Assembly: GCA_951406725.2 (NCBI GenBank)
Contig: OX597814.1
Coordinates: 18,104,001-18,168,000 of the forward strand
Direction: 5' to 3'
Source: Octopus vulgaris
Taxonomy: Eukaryota
DNA length: 64,000 nucleotides
How positions within the stretch are numbered: the stretch's first letter is position 1; every line of letters starts with the position of its first letter. Both the position numbers and the translations under genes were made by a program. This document shows, piece by piece, positions 38,415-51,849 of this stretch. The notes under the pieces are model-generated. The model was not told the origin of the DNA. It did not search any database and worked only from the letters and a program-made list of their open reading frames with translations.

Positions 38415-38612
38415 ACTCACTGAATATTCTGATGCTGATCAAGCGGCAGGTGATGGTCGAAAGAAAAGCCAGGATTGCTCGGAGGCACTCTTAGAAGCTC
38501 AGTAGATAAGAAATCATTTACTAGCCAGTGACGACTAGATCGACATCTAAACGGTGATGTCAATTCTGGCTACATTCTCAATTTCATTGACGTCTCACTC
38601 AGCCCCGCCCTC
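38415..38612 (-). promoter_or_regulatory. Candidate promoter and first exon of a minus-strand transcript
   Basis: GC box GGGCGGGG (38603-38610) and CRE-like TGACGTC (38588-38594), then unique sequence ending at a CA|GTGAGT donor (38415-38420). YY1-like AAATATGGCG at about 38169. Confidence 0.3.
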
Positions 38613-39014
38613 TACACACCTTCTTCTCCTTCCTCCATCATCGCTGTCTTCCACTTCATCTGCAACGTCATCACCTTATGTACATCTATGTCATTATTAT
38701 GATCTTTCAAGTTAACTGTCGTTATCACAATGAGTTCCATTTTTAAATCGTAGTCTACTGTCTGCAGTCTACACAATTATTATCAACATCGTCCAGAGGG
38801 TGATGCGGAATAGCCGCCACCATTGTGACCACCATCACAACCAACACCACCACAACTATCGCCACCACCACCACCACCATCACAACCACTGCTACTGTCT
38901 CAATCCATGTTCTCCTCTTCCCCCTCATCATCATCATCATCCTAATTCTTCTTTTAAGTACCATCAACATCACCACTAGGCAGGTCAACATCACGATCTC
39001 CACTAAAACTACCA

Positions 39015-39083
39015 CCATCAACATTAACACCAACCCCAACACCATCATCCTCATCATTCTCATCCTCATCATTTTCATTATTC

Positions 39084-39151
<68 letters not shown>

Positions 39152-39251
39152 TTCATCGTCGTCATCATCATCATCATAATCATCATCAACATTAACACCA
39201 ACCCCAACACCATCATCCTCATCATTCTCATCCTCGTCATTTTCATTATTC

Positions 39252-39310
<59 letters not shown>

Positions 39311-39410
39311 TTCATCGTCGTCATCATCATCATCATAATCATCATCAACATTAACACCAACCCCAACACCATCATCCTCATCATTCTCATCCTCATCATT
39401 TTCATTATTC

Positions 39411-39463
<53 letters not shown>

Positions 39464-39510
39464 TTCATCGTCGTCGTCATCATCATCATCAACATCATCA
39501 TCATCATCAT
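39015..39510. repeat. Higher-order tandem repeat: three units of about 150-165 bp, each with an internal (CAT)n of differing length
   Basis: ATCAACATTAACACCAACCCCAACACCATCATCCTCATCATTCTC recurs at about 39017, 39185 and 39344. Confidence 0.9.
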
Positions 39511-39612
39511 CATTGTCTTCTGCAATGAGAACTATTGGTTTTCATCAACATCGTTGCCGATATAACAAAATGTTTATTATATATACTACTGTTACGTGCG
39601 CGCGCGTATCTG

Positions 39613-39660
<48 letters not shown>

Positions 39661-40109
39661 TGTATGTGCGTGTGCGTGTGTGCGTGTGTGTGCATTAGCG
39701 TTATATGAAGTTTTCCTTTAGACTGTGCATCTATGATTATATGAGATCTATACATATTTGAGTGTGTATATGAGTATGTTTGAATATTTGTACGTATTTG
39801 TATGCAGATGTGTGTATGTGATTCCATATATGTGTCTATCGCCACACGCATATGTGCATATGTGCGTATGTACGTACGAGCATGTGTGAGTGTATGTGTG
39901 TATGATGTCGTCATTATCGTATTCCTTTTGAAACGTATAACGAAAGGCAACAAAAACACAAACAAAACTAAGCGGGGACTAACAGACAGAGAAGGAGAGA
40001 CAAAGAGGTGAGGGTGTAGGGAAAAGGAGAAAGAGTGCAGGAGAGAGTGAAAATTAGATGGAGGAATATAGGAAGAGAAAATAGTAAAAGGAAAGGGAAG
40101 AATTGAGAG

Positions 40110-40900
40110 AAATAGAGAGAGGGAAGAAAGAGATAAAGAAGGAGGAGAGAGAGAGACGGAGAGAGGGAAGAAAGAGATAAAGAAGGAGAAGAGAGGGAAG
40201 AAAGAGATAAAGGAGAGAGAGAGACAGAGAGAGGGAAGAAAGAGATAAAGAAGGAGGAGAGACAGAGAGAGGGAAGAAAGAGATAAAGGAGAGAGAGTGA
40301 GAGGGAAGAAAGAGATAAAGAAGGAGAAGAGAGGGAAGAAAGAGATAAAGGAGAGAGAGAGACAGAGAGAGGGAAGAAAGAGATAAAGAAAGAGAGAGAG
40401 AGACAGAGAGAGGGAAGAAAGAGATAAAGAAGGAGAGAGAGACAGAGAGAAGGAAGAAAGAGATAAAGAAGGAGGGAGAGACAGAGAGAGGGAAGAAAGA
40501 GATAAAGAAGGAGAGAGAGACAGAGAGAGGGAAGAAAGAGATAAAGAAGGAGGAGAGACAGAGAGAGGGAAGAAAGAGATAAAGGAGAGAGAGAGAGAGA
40601 GGGAAGAAAGAGATAAAGAAGGAGAAGAGAGGGAAGAAAGAGATAAAGAAGGAGAAGAGAGGGAAGAAAGAGATAAAGAAGAGAGAGAGAGACAGAGAGA
40701 GGGAAGAAAGAGATAAAGAAGGAGAGAGAGACAGAGAGAGGGAAGAAAGAGATAAAGAAGGAGAGAGAGACAGAGAGAGGGAAGAAAGAGATAAAGAAGG
40801 AGGGAGAGACAGAGAGAGGGAAGAAAGAGATAAAGAAGGAGAGAGAGACAGAGAGAGGGAAGAAAGAGATAAAGAAGGAGAGAGACAGAGAAAGAGGGAA
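40110..40900. repeat. Polypurine minisatellite with core GAGAGGGAAGAAAGAGATAAAG and variable GA spacers
   Basis: About 20 units directly visible, almost purine-only on the plus strand. Confidence 0.95.
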
Positions 40901-41395
40901 ATAGGCAAACATAATATGAGAAAAAATTGTGAAAAAGATCGTAAAATAAATAAATAAATAAATGAATAAAGAAATAAAAAGAAATAAAAAAGAATAAAAG
41001 AATGATAAAGAGTGAAATAATTGTTGTTTTTCTTTATTGATTTTGACAGTGTGACCAAAAATGCGGTTCCTGCCGGTTAGAACAACATCAAGATCTGACA
41101 CCTGATCTTTGGTCAGTATTAAATCAATATTTTTAACACGGAATGTTGCCAAATGTGTGAAACCCAACAAGGAAGTGCAAAGATACATGCGCTCGTTCAC
41201 ATTCACACGAAAACACATTCGGACGCGCATACAGATACACGTGTGTGTGTGTGCACACGTACACACACCAGAAATACAGATGCACACACAAATTTCAAGG
41301 CATATTCTCATTCAATCGCATAGACGCACACACAAAAACAAACACGAATCTATTTGAACAGTGAGTCTCTTGTATACACTGATGCATATATATAT

Positions 41396-41501
<106 letters not shown>

Positions 41502-41557
41502 TCTATATATACATATATATACACTCTATATATACATTATATACATATACACTTATG

Positions 41558-41602
<45 letters not shown>

Positions 41603-42599
41603 GTACATATACACATGTATACATGCATATATATATACACGCATATGCACACCATATGGATAGAGAGTTAGGTGTTATGTACACTCTCTCTATATATATT
41701 TGCATACACACACACACGCACACACACACTCACACACACATAGTCGCGCTCGCGCAAACACACATACACATATTTTGATATATGTATCGGATGGAGTGTA
41801 TCTGTACATGGATATATAGGCGACAGTGTATGTGTGTGTATGTACATGTTTGTATGTGTGTATGTGTGAGTGTGTGTGTGTGTCTGTGTGCCCGCACCAT
41901 TTATATGTGTGTGCATGCATATATACTTGTATATATATATATATATATATATATATACGCATGAATCTGGATATATGCTTGTATATGTATATGTATACAT
42001 ATTTGTATGAGTGTAAGGTTGCAGTGCCGTGTCATATTACTCTATGATATAATAAACTGCATTGTATTATCACATTATAGTATATATTAGAACACATGTT
42101 ACGGCGAAAAATTATGGTGTCTTATATAGATGCAAGCAAGTTTATCTGCTCTATAAAGAATATACTTACACCAACTAATACATAAAATGGACTGTTCAAA
42201 AACGTTAGTGGTTAAGGAAAATGATGAAAAGGAAACGCGTGTGCTGTAAAGCTCTATTCTCTAACTGCAATCTTTAAAGAATATATGTATTGCCACGACG
42301 TAAAGGTACGCTGCCACACGCAAGAATAATGAACCTAGAAATCATTTGAAATATACGATTTATTTCAGTAATATTTAAGAGTATTTACTGTTATAAAGTT
42401 TAAAATATCAAACACAAAAGGTTGGAACCTTAGATAAAATTTTTTTTATGAAATCGAAAACAACGCTTATACTAAAATCGTAAAAGAAGTGCTGAAGCTA
42501 CAAACAAATTCGCACACTAACAATGATATAAAAAGGGAAGCAAAACGGCATAGCATATAATCTTAAATTGTATATGGCAAATCAGAAAAGGTATAGCGA

Positions 42600-42800
42600 G
42601 TTAGTCGGATTTTCACTTTTTATTATTCGCACTACCTTCAATTCTACAATTTTACAATAGTTGTCAAGTGTTGAACACGACTGTCACTACATAAATCTGA
42701 TGATCGCGTAATGCATGAAAGTACTAGCTTATTTGAATATTGTAAAATTGTAAACTTTTAAAAATTGCGAATAAAAACACGTGAAAATATGATTAAATTG
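42600..42800. mobile_element. Possible old MITE (imperfect inverted ends)
   Basis: ATTTTCAC..TTATTCGCA..TACAATTTTACAATA pairs with TATTGTAAAATTGTA..TGCGAATAA..GTGAAAAT. Confidence 0.45.
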
Positions 42801-43228
42801 GAATTTCATTTAGTCATCTAGTCTCTATACGAACTCGGATATATATATATGCGTGTGTGTGTGTTGGGTGGAGGTGTGAATTGATCGTTTCCTACCAGGA
42901 ATTGGCTTCAAGAGGTAATGGCAGACACCATATATCATTTCCAGGTTTTGAGCTCGGTTTTATCCTTAATATCAACAGTTTTGTTATGTCCTTGGTGATC
43001 ACTCCAACTGTTTTCAAAGCGACAATCGGGTTACTTGAACAAAGAGAGAAGAGCAAAGACTCAGTGTCTGTGTTTATCCCTCCCCACTTCATAACAAGTA
43101 TTGGTTCTTAGAAAGAATAAGTTCTAGAGCCGATTTGTTCAACTAAAACCGGTGCCCCAGTATAGGCCGTAGTCAAATGACTGAAACAAATAAAAGAACA
43201 AAAGCAAGTATACATATCGTCATATGTG

Positions 43229-43302
<74 letters not shown>

Positions 43303-43312
43303 TATATATATA

Positions 43313-43476
43313 TTCTCTCCTTGTTTTTTTCTGTGCATCTTTCTGTCGAAGAGCGTAGGCTCGAAATGTAAAAGACTTTTTTCTATTTCTATTCCTGAGC
43401 GCTATACTAATACATTTGTTTGTTTGTACTCCACCTGCCTTCGTCTTTTGTTTATTTTCGTAAACTTTTCTGTTAT
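43313..43476 (+). mobile_element. Second copy of the hammerhead-like short element (motif 43338-43375) between (TA)n and (CA)n
   Basis: TCTTT-CTGTCGA-A-GAGC gtag GCTC-GAAA-TG-TA-AAAGA. Homologous to 1378-1548. Confidence 0.6.
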
Positions 43477-43590
<114 letters not shown>

Positions 43591-44119
43591 ACATTTCACG
43601 TTGTTTGTTTTCATGTCCGTCCACTAACGGTGTCGCCTTGACCCACATTAATTTGTATGTTTATTTTCTGTATTGAATATTTACGTTTTCATTGATGTTC
43701 ACTTTCTTTCATATTCGTTGACATGCTATTTCTCGGGGTCTTTTGCTGCTGGCGCCACCAGAGGGGAATAATAAAATCGTTGAAGACGCGAAATTGCGAT
43801 TGACCCTCTGACTAATAACTATGTGGATTTGGTGACTGTCTTTTTTCCGTTTGTTTGTGCATTTATTATGTGCTTTTTAACTGATATTATTTAATGGGAC
43901 GCTAAGTACTCCTATTTTGTTTACAGTAAGTGTTTCCATATTTTCGTACGACGTCTAGTCCCTCTCCTTTCTCTTTCTTTCTCTCTCACTCTTTCTCCCC
44001 TTCCCTCCCTATACTTTTTCTCTGCTGCTAGCTGTTCCTATCTTTTACCTTCCCTCTCTGCTTTGTGTATGTATGTCTCTCTCTTTCTCTGCCCTCTTCC
44101 ACTTTTCTCCCTCCTACTA

Positions 44120-44801
44120 CTGACATGTGACCTGTCGTCATCGTCATTGCTATTCTCTTTTTTCTGTTCACGTCGACCGCCGAAGTGACTGGCCGTATTT
44201 TATCTCGCCTCCCACAACATCGGCCAAAGATGTTGAACGTATGAGTACAAATTCTGTCTATAAATATACCGTGCACACAAAAGGAAGGCCGAATATTTAC
44301 ATTGGGCAAACGGCTGATTCCTTTAAGAATCGTTATCGTAAATATGTCGCCTGTTTCAGGAGTCTCAGTAAAAGATTTTCAACATCTTTGACCGATTTTG
44401 CGTGCCTTGTTATGGATCGAGTTTTGTTATATTCAATTTTATCTTCCTTCAGTCGTCACACAAAATCGGTCAAAAATGTTGAATATAGGAGTACAAATCT
44501 TGCATGTAAATGTACCGTGGACACAAGGGGAGGGCAGTTATATTTACATTGAGCTGATACATTTAAGAATCGTTATCGCAACCATGTCTCTAGCATGAAA
44601 AGAATAATTAAGAGATATTCAACATCTTTGGCTGACTTCGTGTGGCAACTGAAGGAAGATGAAATTCAGTATAACATAACTTGGACCATAGTAAGGCACG
44701 CAAAGTTATACAATATTATTTCTAGGGGATGCCGACTCTGCTCCGAGGAGTCCCTCTCTATTCTGTGGACCAATGAGAAGATCATTAGTAGAATTTCTTG
44801 A
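44120..44801 (+). mobile_element. Penelope-like element GIY-YIG endonuclease remnant, partly duplicated in tandem
   Basis: VYKYTVH..IYIGQTADSFKNRYR..STSLTDF, then CKCTVD..ADTFKNRYRNH..STSLADFVWQLKE..ITWTIVRHAKLYNIISRGCRLCSEE. Confidence 0.8.
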
Positions 44802-44959
44802 AGACCCTCAAGATGCCTACACGCATATAAATGTACTTTCGTACAATGCAGTGGGAATGAATTTGAGTAACTGTTAACATATTTCCTGCAAGGTATGGAG
44901 GAATTAAGTTTAACCCTAACCTCACCTTTCTTATAAACACCAAGCAGCTATTTAACTCG

Positions 44960-45181
44960 CTATGTGAATGTGTGTGAACCAGACAACACATGTGCGTATG
45001 CTTACATCTTCGTGGATGCTTGTATAGGCGAGTATACAAACGTCATCCCGCAAGGCGTCCAATAAACACCCTCATCACCAAGCAAGCTTGGTGGGGTTGC
45101 CGGTTTAGTCGCCGACGACCCCACCATGCAACAGGTTGTTCTGGGTTACATGTTACCAGTAGCACTCGAAAGTGACCTGAC
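44960..45181 (+). mobile_element. Structured, GC-richer segment ending at (TACA)n; probable retroelement 3' end
   Basis: Hairpin TGGTGGGGTTGCCGG/CCGACGACCCCACCA and a terminal CACT-CGAA-AGTG stem-loop directly before the TACA run. Confidence 0.45.
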
Positions 45182-45191
45182 ATACACATAC

Positions 45192-45222
<31 letters not shown>

Positions 45223-45269
45223 CATACATACATACATACATACATGCATATATACATACAAATATACAA

Positions 45270-45360
45270 ACAAAAATGCCCTGTATGAACCTTGGACCTA
45301 GGTTAGAAACCGCTTCTTTCTCTATTGGCAAGATATCTTGATATAAACTGAATCATGTCA
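45270..45360 (+). mobile_element. Dong/R4 3' UTR end fragment after (TACA)n
   Basis: GAACCTTGGA..GGTTAGAAACC..TATTGGCAAGA..TAAACTGAAT matches 3460-3530. Confidence 0.75.
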
Positions 45361-46275
45361 TATATACAGGAATACATATACAATAATCATATATTTGTGT
45401 GTGTATGGAGAGAGAAGGAGAGAAAAAGAGGGAGACCAGAAAAGATATCTCTGCACCAGTTTACATTTTAAGGATACTGGAACTGGTGTTGGCGAGTTGA
45501 ATTTATACAGAAGATGTTTCACAGTTTTAATATGAGTATGTGTACGCTTATGCATTTATGCATGCTTGATTTTTTTGCTTATGTATGTGTGTATATGGAT
45601 GCCATTTTGCGTGCACATAACTACGTAGCAGCCTGTAGACTTAAAGAATCATTTCTTGACCTTCTCATCAGTTATATGCCTGGAAGTCTTTTGAGGTCAG
45701 ATAAATGTCTAACGACCTTGGGCCATCTCATGCCAAGTATTTCAGATGTGAGTGATCGACACTGCGTTAGAAATTCCCCGACATTCCATGACATCTCAAA
45801 TTTGCATGGAAGAGATAAACCATGTTATATTACAGTCATAAATTGAAATCAAATCTCCATCTTTACTTTCGTTGCACATCCTGTACAGATATGCTGATAT
45901 CATGCACACAAAATGACGCTGAAGTCTTGAATAGCAAAATCTTGATTTATATTTTCAACCATTATTTGTTCGGCTTCAAATAAATTCGATGTGATCTCAA
46001 AGCACGTTTGGATGCCAAATTATGTACTGATAATCAAATTTGGATTTTTAACTTGAAACTTTCAAATAAACCTTTAGCTGGTGTAGGTCGTGCACCACTG
46101 TTACTGCATTGCTTATATAGACGAATTCTTAACAACGTAGATTGTAAATATCCTTTTACGACAATAGATGTGTATGATTTACTAATCACCGACTATGAGA
46201 TATTGCACAAAACTTTAAGACCAAATACATGAAGAACAAAGGTTTCGGTTAAAAAATGTTTGAAGTTATTTAATA

Positions 46276-46672
46276 CTAGCAGTATCGTCCGGCGTTGCTC
46301 GGTTTGGTAAGGGAAATAACTATATAAGCATTTATAGAGAGTTATAGCAAAAAAATAACAAAAAAATGCTTTAAAATTGGATAAAAAATGATGGTAAATT
46401 TTTTTAAAAACGTTGACTCATCGTAGACATTTTTAGAGAGTTACTTCCCTTATATAATAGCGAAAAAATGCATTAAAATGGAAAAAAATTATGGTAATTT
46501 TTTTTTTTAATCGTAGACTCATCGTAGACACGCGCTAATACCCAGAAGGGCTCGATATGAATCACGACTATAAGATACCCGCTTTTGGTTAAACTGCACC
46601 GTAAAATGTGAGAGTAGTTAGGAATCTAAATCGTAGGAGACAGACACACAACTTCACTTTTATATATAAAGA
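46276..46672 (-). mobile_element. Non-autonomous Helitron H1, full length
   Basis: A|TC ... hairpin CTAG|T termini. Confidence 0.88.
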
Positions 46673-47274
46673 TTTTCTCCCAATCAACTATGCATTTAAA
46701 AATGGTTTTAATGTTTTAGTTTAAAAAATTCCTTCAGAAATAGTTAGCGTTTGAGCTACTTAATTCATACATGTTTCCAAGAAAGCAATGTGTCGAAAGA
46801 AAGCAACGAAGGACAAATTTGCATTGTTGTTCATATAGAACAATACAGAAACAAAATTTCTTTCATATGACGTCATACCTTCTTAAAACAACGCTCGTAA
46901 GTTTATGTCAGGTAATATACATTTAGAATACATCTGATAAATATTGGAATGTTATAGGTAAGACCAGAACTTATTTGGGATAGCACAATAACAATAATGA
47001 GGAGGAGGAGGAGGAGGAGGAGGAGAAGGGGAAGAAGGAGGGGAGGTGAAATCAACTACATAATACATGTGGTGCATCTTGTCCACCACAACTTTGTTCG
47101 GTCTGTTACGCTCTAAAACCTGATATGTTTGTATTGGAAAATCCCAGGGGTTTTGCTAGCCTACGACTCCGCATCTCTGCGGTTTGTGCTCATACTATGG
47201 CTTGACTCACTTTGGCCCCCATTTTTCGCACAGTTTCCAATGTAGCACTTTCGCTACCTGATAGTGTTGCCACA

Positions 47275-47663
47275 GTGGAGGCGCAATGGCCCAGTGGTTA
47301 GGGCAGCGGACTCGCGGTCGTAGGATCGCGGTTTCGATTCCCAGACCGGGACTTGTGTGTATTTATTGAGCGAAAACACCTAAAAGCTCCACGAGGCTCC
47401 GGCAGGGGATGTTGGTGATCCCTGCTGTACTCTTTCACCACAACTTCCTCTCATTCTAACTTCCTGTTTCTGTTGTACCTGTATTTCAAAGGGCCGGCCT
47501 TGTCACTCTCTGTGTCACGCTGGATATCCCCGAGAACTACGTTAAGGGTACACGTGTCTGTGGAGTGCTCAGTCACTTACACATTAATTTCACGAGCAGG
47601 CTGTTCCGTTGATCGAATCAACCGGAACCCTCGTCGTCGTAACCGACGGAGTGCTTCCAACTA
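47275..47663 (+). mobile_element. SINE family A, full length
   Basis: 12-bp TSD AGTGTTGCCACA (47263-47274 and 47664-47675). Confidence 0.92.
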
Positions 47664-47960
47664 AGTGTTGCCACAACGTGTAGTGGTTTTAGGCAAGTCT
47701 AGGGCATCCGTTCGTGACATGGGTAATGGTTTCATCCACTCTATTGCAGATGCAGCACAGCGGAGACACTTTCTCATTCCAAAGCTTGACCCTCCAGTTC
47801 CTAGCCAAAGCTTGGTCTTACGCTGTCACGATCTCTTTTTTTAGTGTTACTTTCTTCAGCCAATGTCACCCATTTTTTCCCGCAGCTTTTGTTGTGGCTG
47901 CATGGAATTGGTTGTGCAGTCCCTTGTTGCGTAATTCTTCTTCGTGTCCTTTCTGTACTT

Positions 47961-48382
47961 CTTTACTCTTTACTCTCTTTTACTCTTTTACTTGTTTCAG
48001 TCATTTGACTGAGGCCATGCTGGAGCACCGCCTTTAGTCGAGCAAATCTACCCCGGGACTTATTCTTTGTAAGCCCAGTACTTATTCTATCGGTCTCTTT
48101 TGCCGAACCGCTAAGTGACGGAGACGTAAACACACCAGCATCGGTTGTCAATCAATGCTAGGGGGGGAGGGGACAAACACAGACACACAACCCCCCCCCA
48201 CACACACACACACATATATACGACAGGCTTCTTTCAGTTTCTGTCTACCAAATCCACTCACAAGGCATTGGTCGGCCCGGGGCTATAGCAGAAGAAACTT
48301 GCCCAAGATGCCACGCAGTGGGACTAAACCCGGAACCATGTGGTTGGTTAGCAAGCTACTTACCACACAGCCACTCCTGCGC
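47961..48382 (-). mobile_element. SINE family B
   Basis: Full colinear copy nested in the LINE. Confidence 0.9.
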
Positions 48383-48817
48383 TTCTTCGTTTTTCCGTTT
48401 TTTTCTCTGCTTTCAATACTCCCTCGTTTCTATCTGACATTAGTAATTTTACTTACTTTGGGCTAGGCATATCCTTAAGCTCACGAGTTCGATACGCACG
48501 CAGTCTTCCTCACTTATCAGTCCTCTTCTTCCATTTGCTCTTTTCATGTAGAGGCAACCAGTGTCACCACGTGGATGATGGACTCTATACATCGTTAGGA
48601 GCTTTCTTGATTTCCTGTCCATCTCCTTTAGCTCTGGATCTGTCCACTTCAGGATTCCAGCGCCATGCCGTGCTACTGTCACTGCGCGCGAGTTTATTGC
48701 CGGAATTATGTTTCTGGCATTCTGCTCTGAAGCCAGTATTTTTCTCACTCGCCGCAGCCACACTCTTTTTCCTTCATGTCGTTGTCTTTAATTCCATCTC
48801 CCTCAAGTATTATCAAA

Positions 48818-49032
48818 TACTCTTTCATCCTTTTACTCTTTTACTTCTTTCAGTAATTTGACTGCGGCCATGCTGGAGCACCGCCTTTAGTCGAGCAAAT
48901 CCACCCCAGGATTTATTCTTTGTAAGCCTAGTACTTATTCTATCGGTCTCTTTTACCGAACCGCTAAGTTGCCGGGACGTAAACACACCAGCATCGGTTG
49001 TCAAGCGATGTTGGGGGGACGAACACACACAT

Positions 49033-49123
<91 letters not shown>

Positions 49124-49288
49124 CGACGGGCTACTTTCAGTTTCCGTCTACCAAATTCACAAATTCACTTTGGTCGGCCCGAGGCTATAGTAGAAGACAC
49201 TTGCCCAAGGTGTCACGGAATGGAAACTGAACGCAGAACCATGTGGTTGGTAAGCAAGCTACTTACCGCACAGCCACTCCTGTGCCTA
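48818..49288 (-). mobile_element. SINE family B with an expanded internal (CA)n(TA)n
   Basis: Full colinear copy. Confidence 0.9.
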
Positions 49289-49912
49289 AACAATAATAAT
49301 TATACTTCAGTTCAATTTTGGAAATAAATATGTACATGATAGTGTGTTTAAGAAGCTCAAACCGTGATCTTGTAATACAAATTCGTGACTAATTGATCGA
49401 TATAGATGTATTGCATATATCTAGGTATCCATACAAGACATTGAGACACTCGTTTCCGACAATCTGCTAATAATCCGAGCTTGAGTTGACATGTGTTATG
49501 ATATAGACACGTGAATAAGATGTCGTGCATTTAGGATGGAACCTGGGATCTTATGGTTCTGAATTGAATTTCTGAAACTCTTACGCCAAGCCTGCATTTT
49601 ATGTGTTCTATACATATGATACTGAAGTCATGAAAGCATCAGGTTCCCTCACCTGAATAAATGACAATATTATAGGTTCTGCACATGATTATTGAAGAGA
49701 TAATTGTAAATTTCATTTTCTAACAGACTTATTCAGTCATCAATGAAATCTCATCTCGTACTTTTGCTTGACACAGCAAATTTTGTAGAGTGAGGTTTGT
49801 GTCACGCAAAAAAGAAATTCAGTTGAAATAAATAGCACGCATATATATATATAGATAGATAGATAGATATATATCTATATATATATAAACTCACACCAAC
49901 ATACACACACAC

Positions 49913-49980
<68 letters not shown>

Positions 49981-49991
49981 CTCTCTCTCTA

Positions 49992-50029
<38 letters not shown>

Positions 50030-50284
50030 CAAAACGCACATATATACATATGTTAATGCCTATCTATGACTCTATCTCTATATGTGTGCGCGTGTGCGCG
50101 TGTATGTTTGTGTGTGTGTGTGTGCGTGAAAAGAGTGTGCTCTTTATGTATGTATACATCTCTAGATATATGTATGTATATATATATATATATGTGTATA
50201 TATATATGTATATATATATATATATATGTGTATATATATGTATATATATGTGTAAATATATATATATATATATATATACGTATA

Positions 50285-50366
<82 letters not shown>

Positions 50367-50463
50367 TAATATAATCTCAAAAACAGTTTCATCACTAAAA
50401 CAATACCTTTTTCTGATCAATATAATTATAGCTTTATGTTTGTTCTTCTTTTGTTCATATATA

Positions 50464-50690
50464 TATTTCTTTACTACCCACAAGGGGCTAAACATAGAGG
50501 GGACAAACAGGGACAGACAAAGGGATTAAGTCGATTACATAGACCCCAGTGCGAAACTGGTACTTTATTTATCGACCCAGAAAGAATGAAAGGCAAAGTC
50601 GACCTCGGCGGAATTTGAACTCAGAACGTAACGGCAGACGAAATACGGCTACGCATTTTGCCCGGTGTGCTAACGTTTCTGCCAGCTCGC
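50464..50690 (-). mobile_element. SINE family C, near full length
   Basis: Matches 27590-27820. The 3' end abuts a TA run. Confidence 0.9.
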
Positions 50691-51255
50691 TATACTATTG
50701 TTTGCTTGTATGTATGTCTGTATTTTGAAGCAATTATAACGGAGGCAAACAACTACGAATATCATTGCTTGTTAAGTGCAAGTACAACATAGGATTGTCA
50801 GCCTGGATAGCGTGACACGATGGCACATTTTGTTCAGTCAGATATTATTATTCAGGCTGACGCAAATCAATCTTTTACAACTATGTACAGATATGAAAAC
50901 GGTTAGAAAATTTGACAAATATTTGTGACCCTTGTGTCAAAGACCCTTCATGTTGATAGAATTAAATTAAGACTCTACTAGTGGCATCATGAGAGAGAGA
51001 GAAGCTGAGCTGCCATTCATGGCATCAACGGTGCGGAAGAATTTCTTGACGCGTTGAAAATTTAGGGATAATGAACCTATTTTTTGAACGTTGACATTGA
51101 TAGGGTTTGTTGGACGGTCGGGTGGAAATTTTGCACACACACTCGCACGCGTAAAAGCACATATAGGCATAAACGCAATTAGACACACGCACGCACACAC
51201 ATACACACACTTATGCCCCAATACACAGATATATATATATATATACACATACACA

Positions 51256-51331
<76 letters not shown>

Positions 51332-51336
51332 GTATA

Positions 51337-51569
51337 TATTTCTTTACTACCCACAAGGGCTAAACACAGAGGGGGCAAAACAAGGACAGACAAAGGGATT
51401 TAGTCGATTACATCGATCCCAGTGCGTAACTGGTACTTAATTTATCGACCCCCGAAAGGATGAAAGGCAAAGTCGACCTCGGCGGAATTTGAACTCAGAA
51501 CGTAACGACAGACGAAATACGGCTACGCATTTCGCCCGGCGAGCTAACGTTTCTGCCAGCTTGCCGCCT
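51337..51569 (-). mobile_element. SINE family C, full length
   Basis: Matches 27590-27820. The 3' end abuts a TA run. Confidence 0.9.
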
Positions 51570-51849
51570 ATGTATATATGAATATATACATATTCCCATA
51601 TGTTTATATGCATGTACATACGTATATACGTACACATTCATGTACATATGTGTGTGTGAGTGTAGAGACGTATATGATATGCACGCACTTATATATAACG
51701 TTTCGAAGCTCAACACAAATTTTTAGGACAATTTCAAATATAAGGTAAACATTCTTAAGAACATGCCGAAATACAGCCCCACCCACAAACACTCAGAGGC
51801 ACACTAAAATAGGATTCACCGCAGATTTTTCTCGTTGAGGTTGAGGAAA

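Larger units (their letters stand above)
47060..48817 (-). mobile_element. R4/Dong-clade LINE remnant split by two SINE insertions
   Basis: LRRVRKILASEQNARNIIPAINSRAV..KWTDPELKEMDRKSRKLLTMYRVHHPRGD..LYMKRANGRRGLISEEDC, then CCHC and REL segments homologous to 36780-37500. Confidence 0.85.

Noticed and set aside
38755-39565. Poly-Met and poly-Ile ORFs
   Set aside because: Products of (CAT)n repeats.
39968-41311. 447-aa and 334-aa minus-strand ORFs
   Set aside because: They are translations of the pyrimidine strand of the GA minisatellite and are stop-free for compositional reasons.
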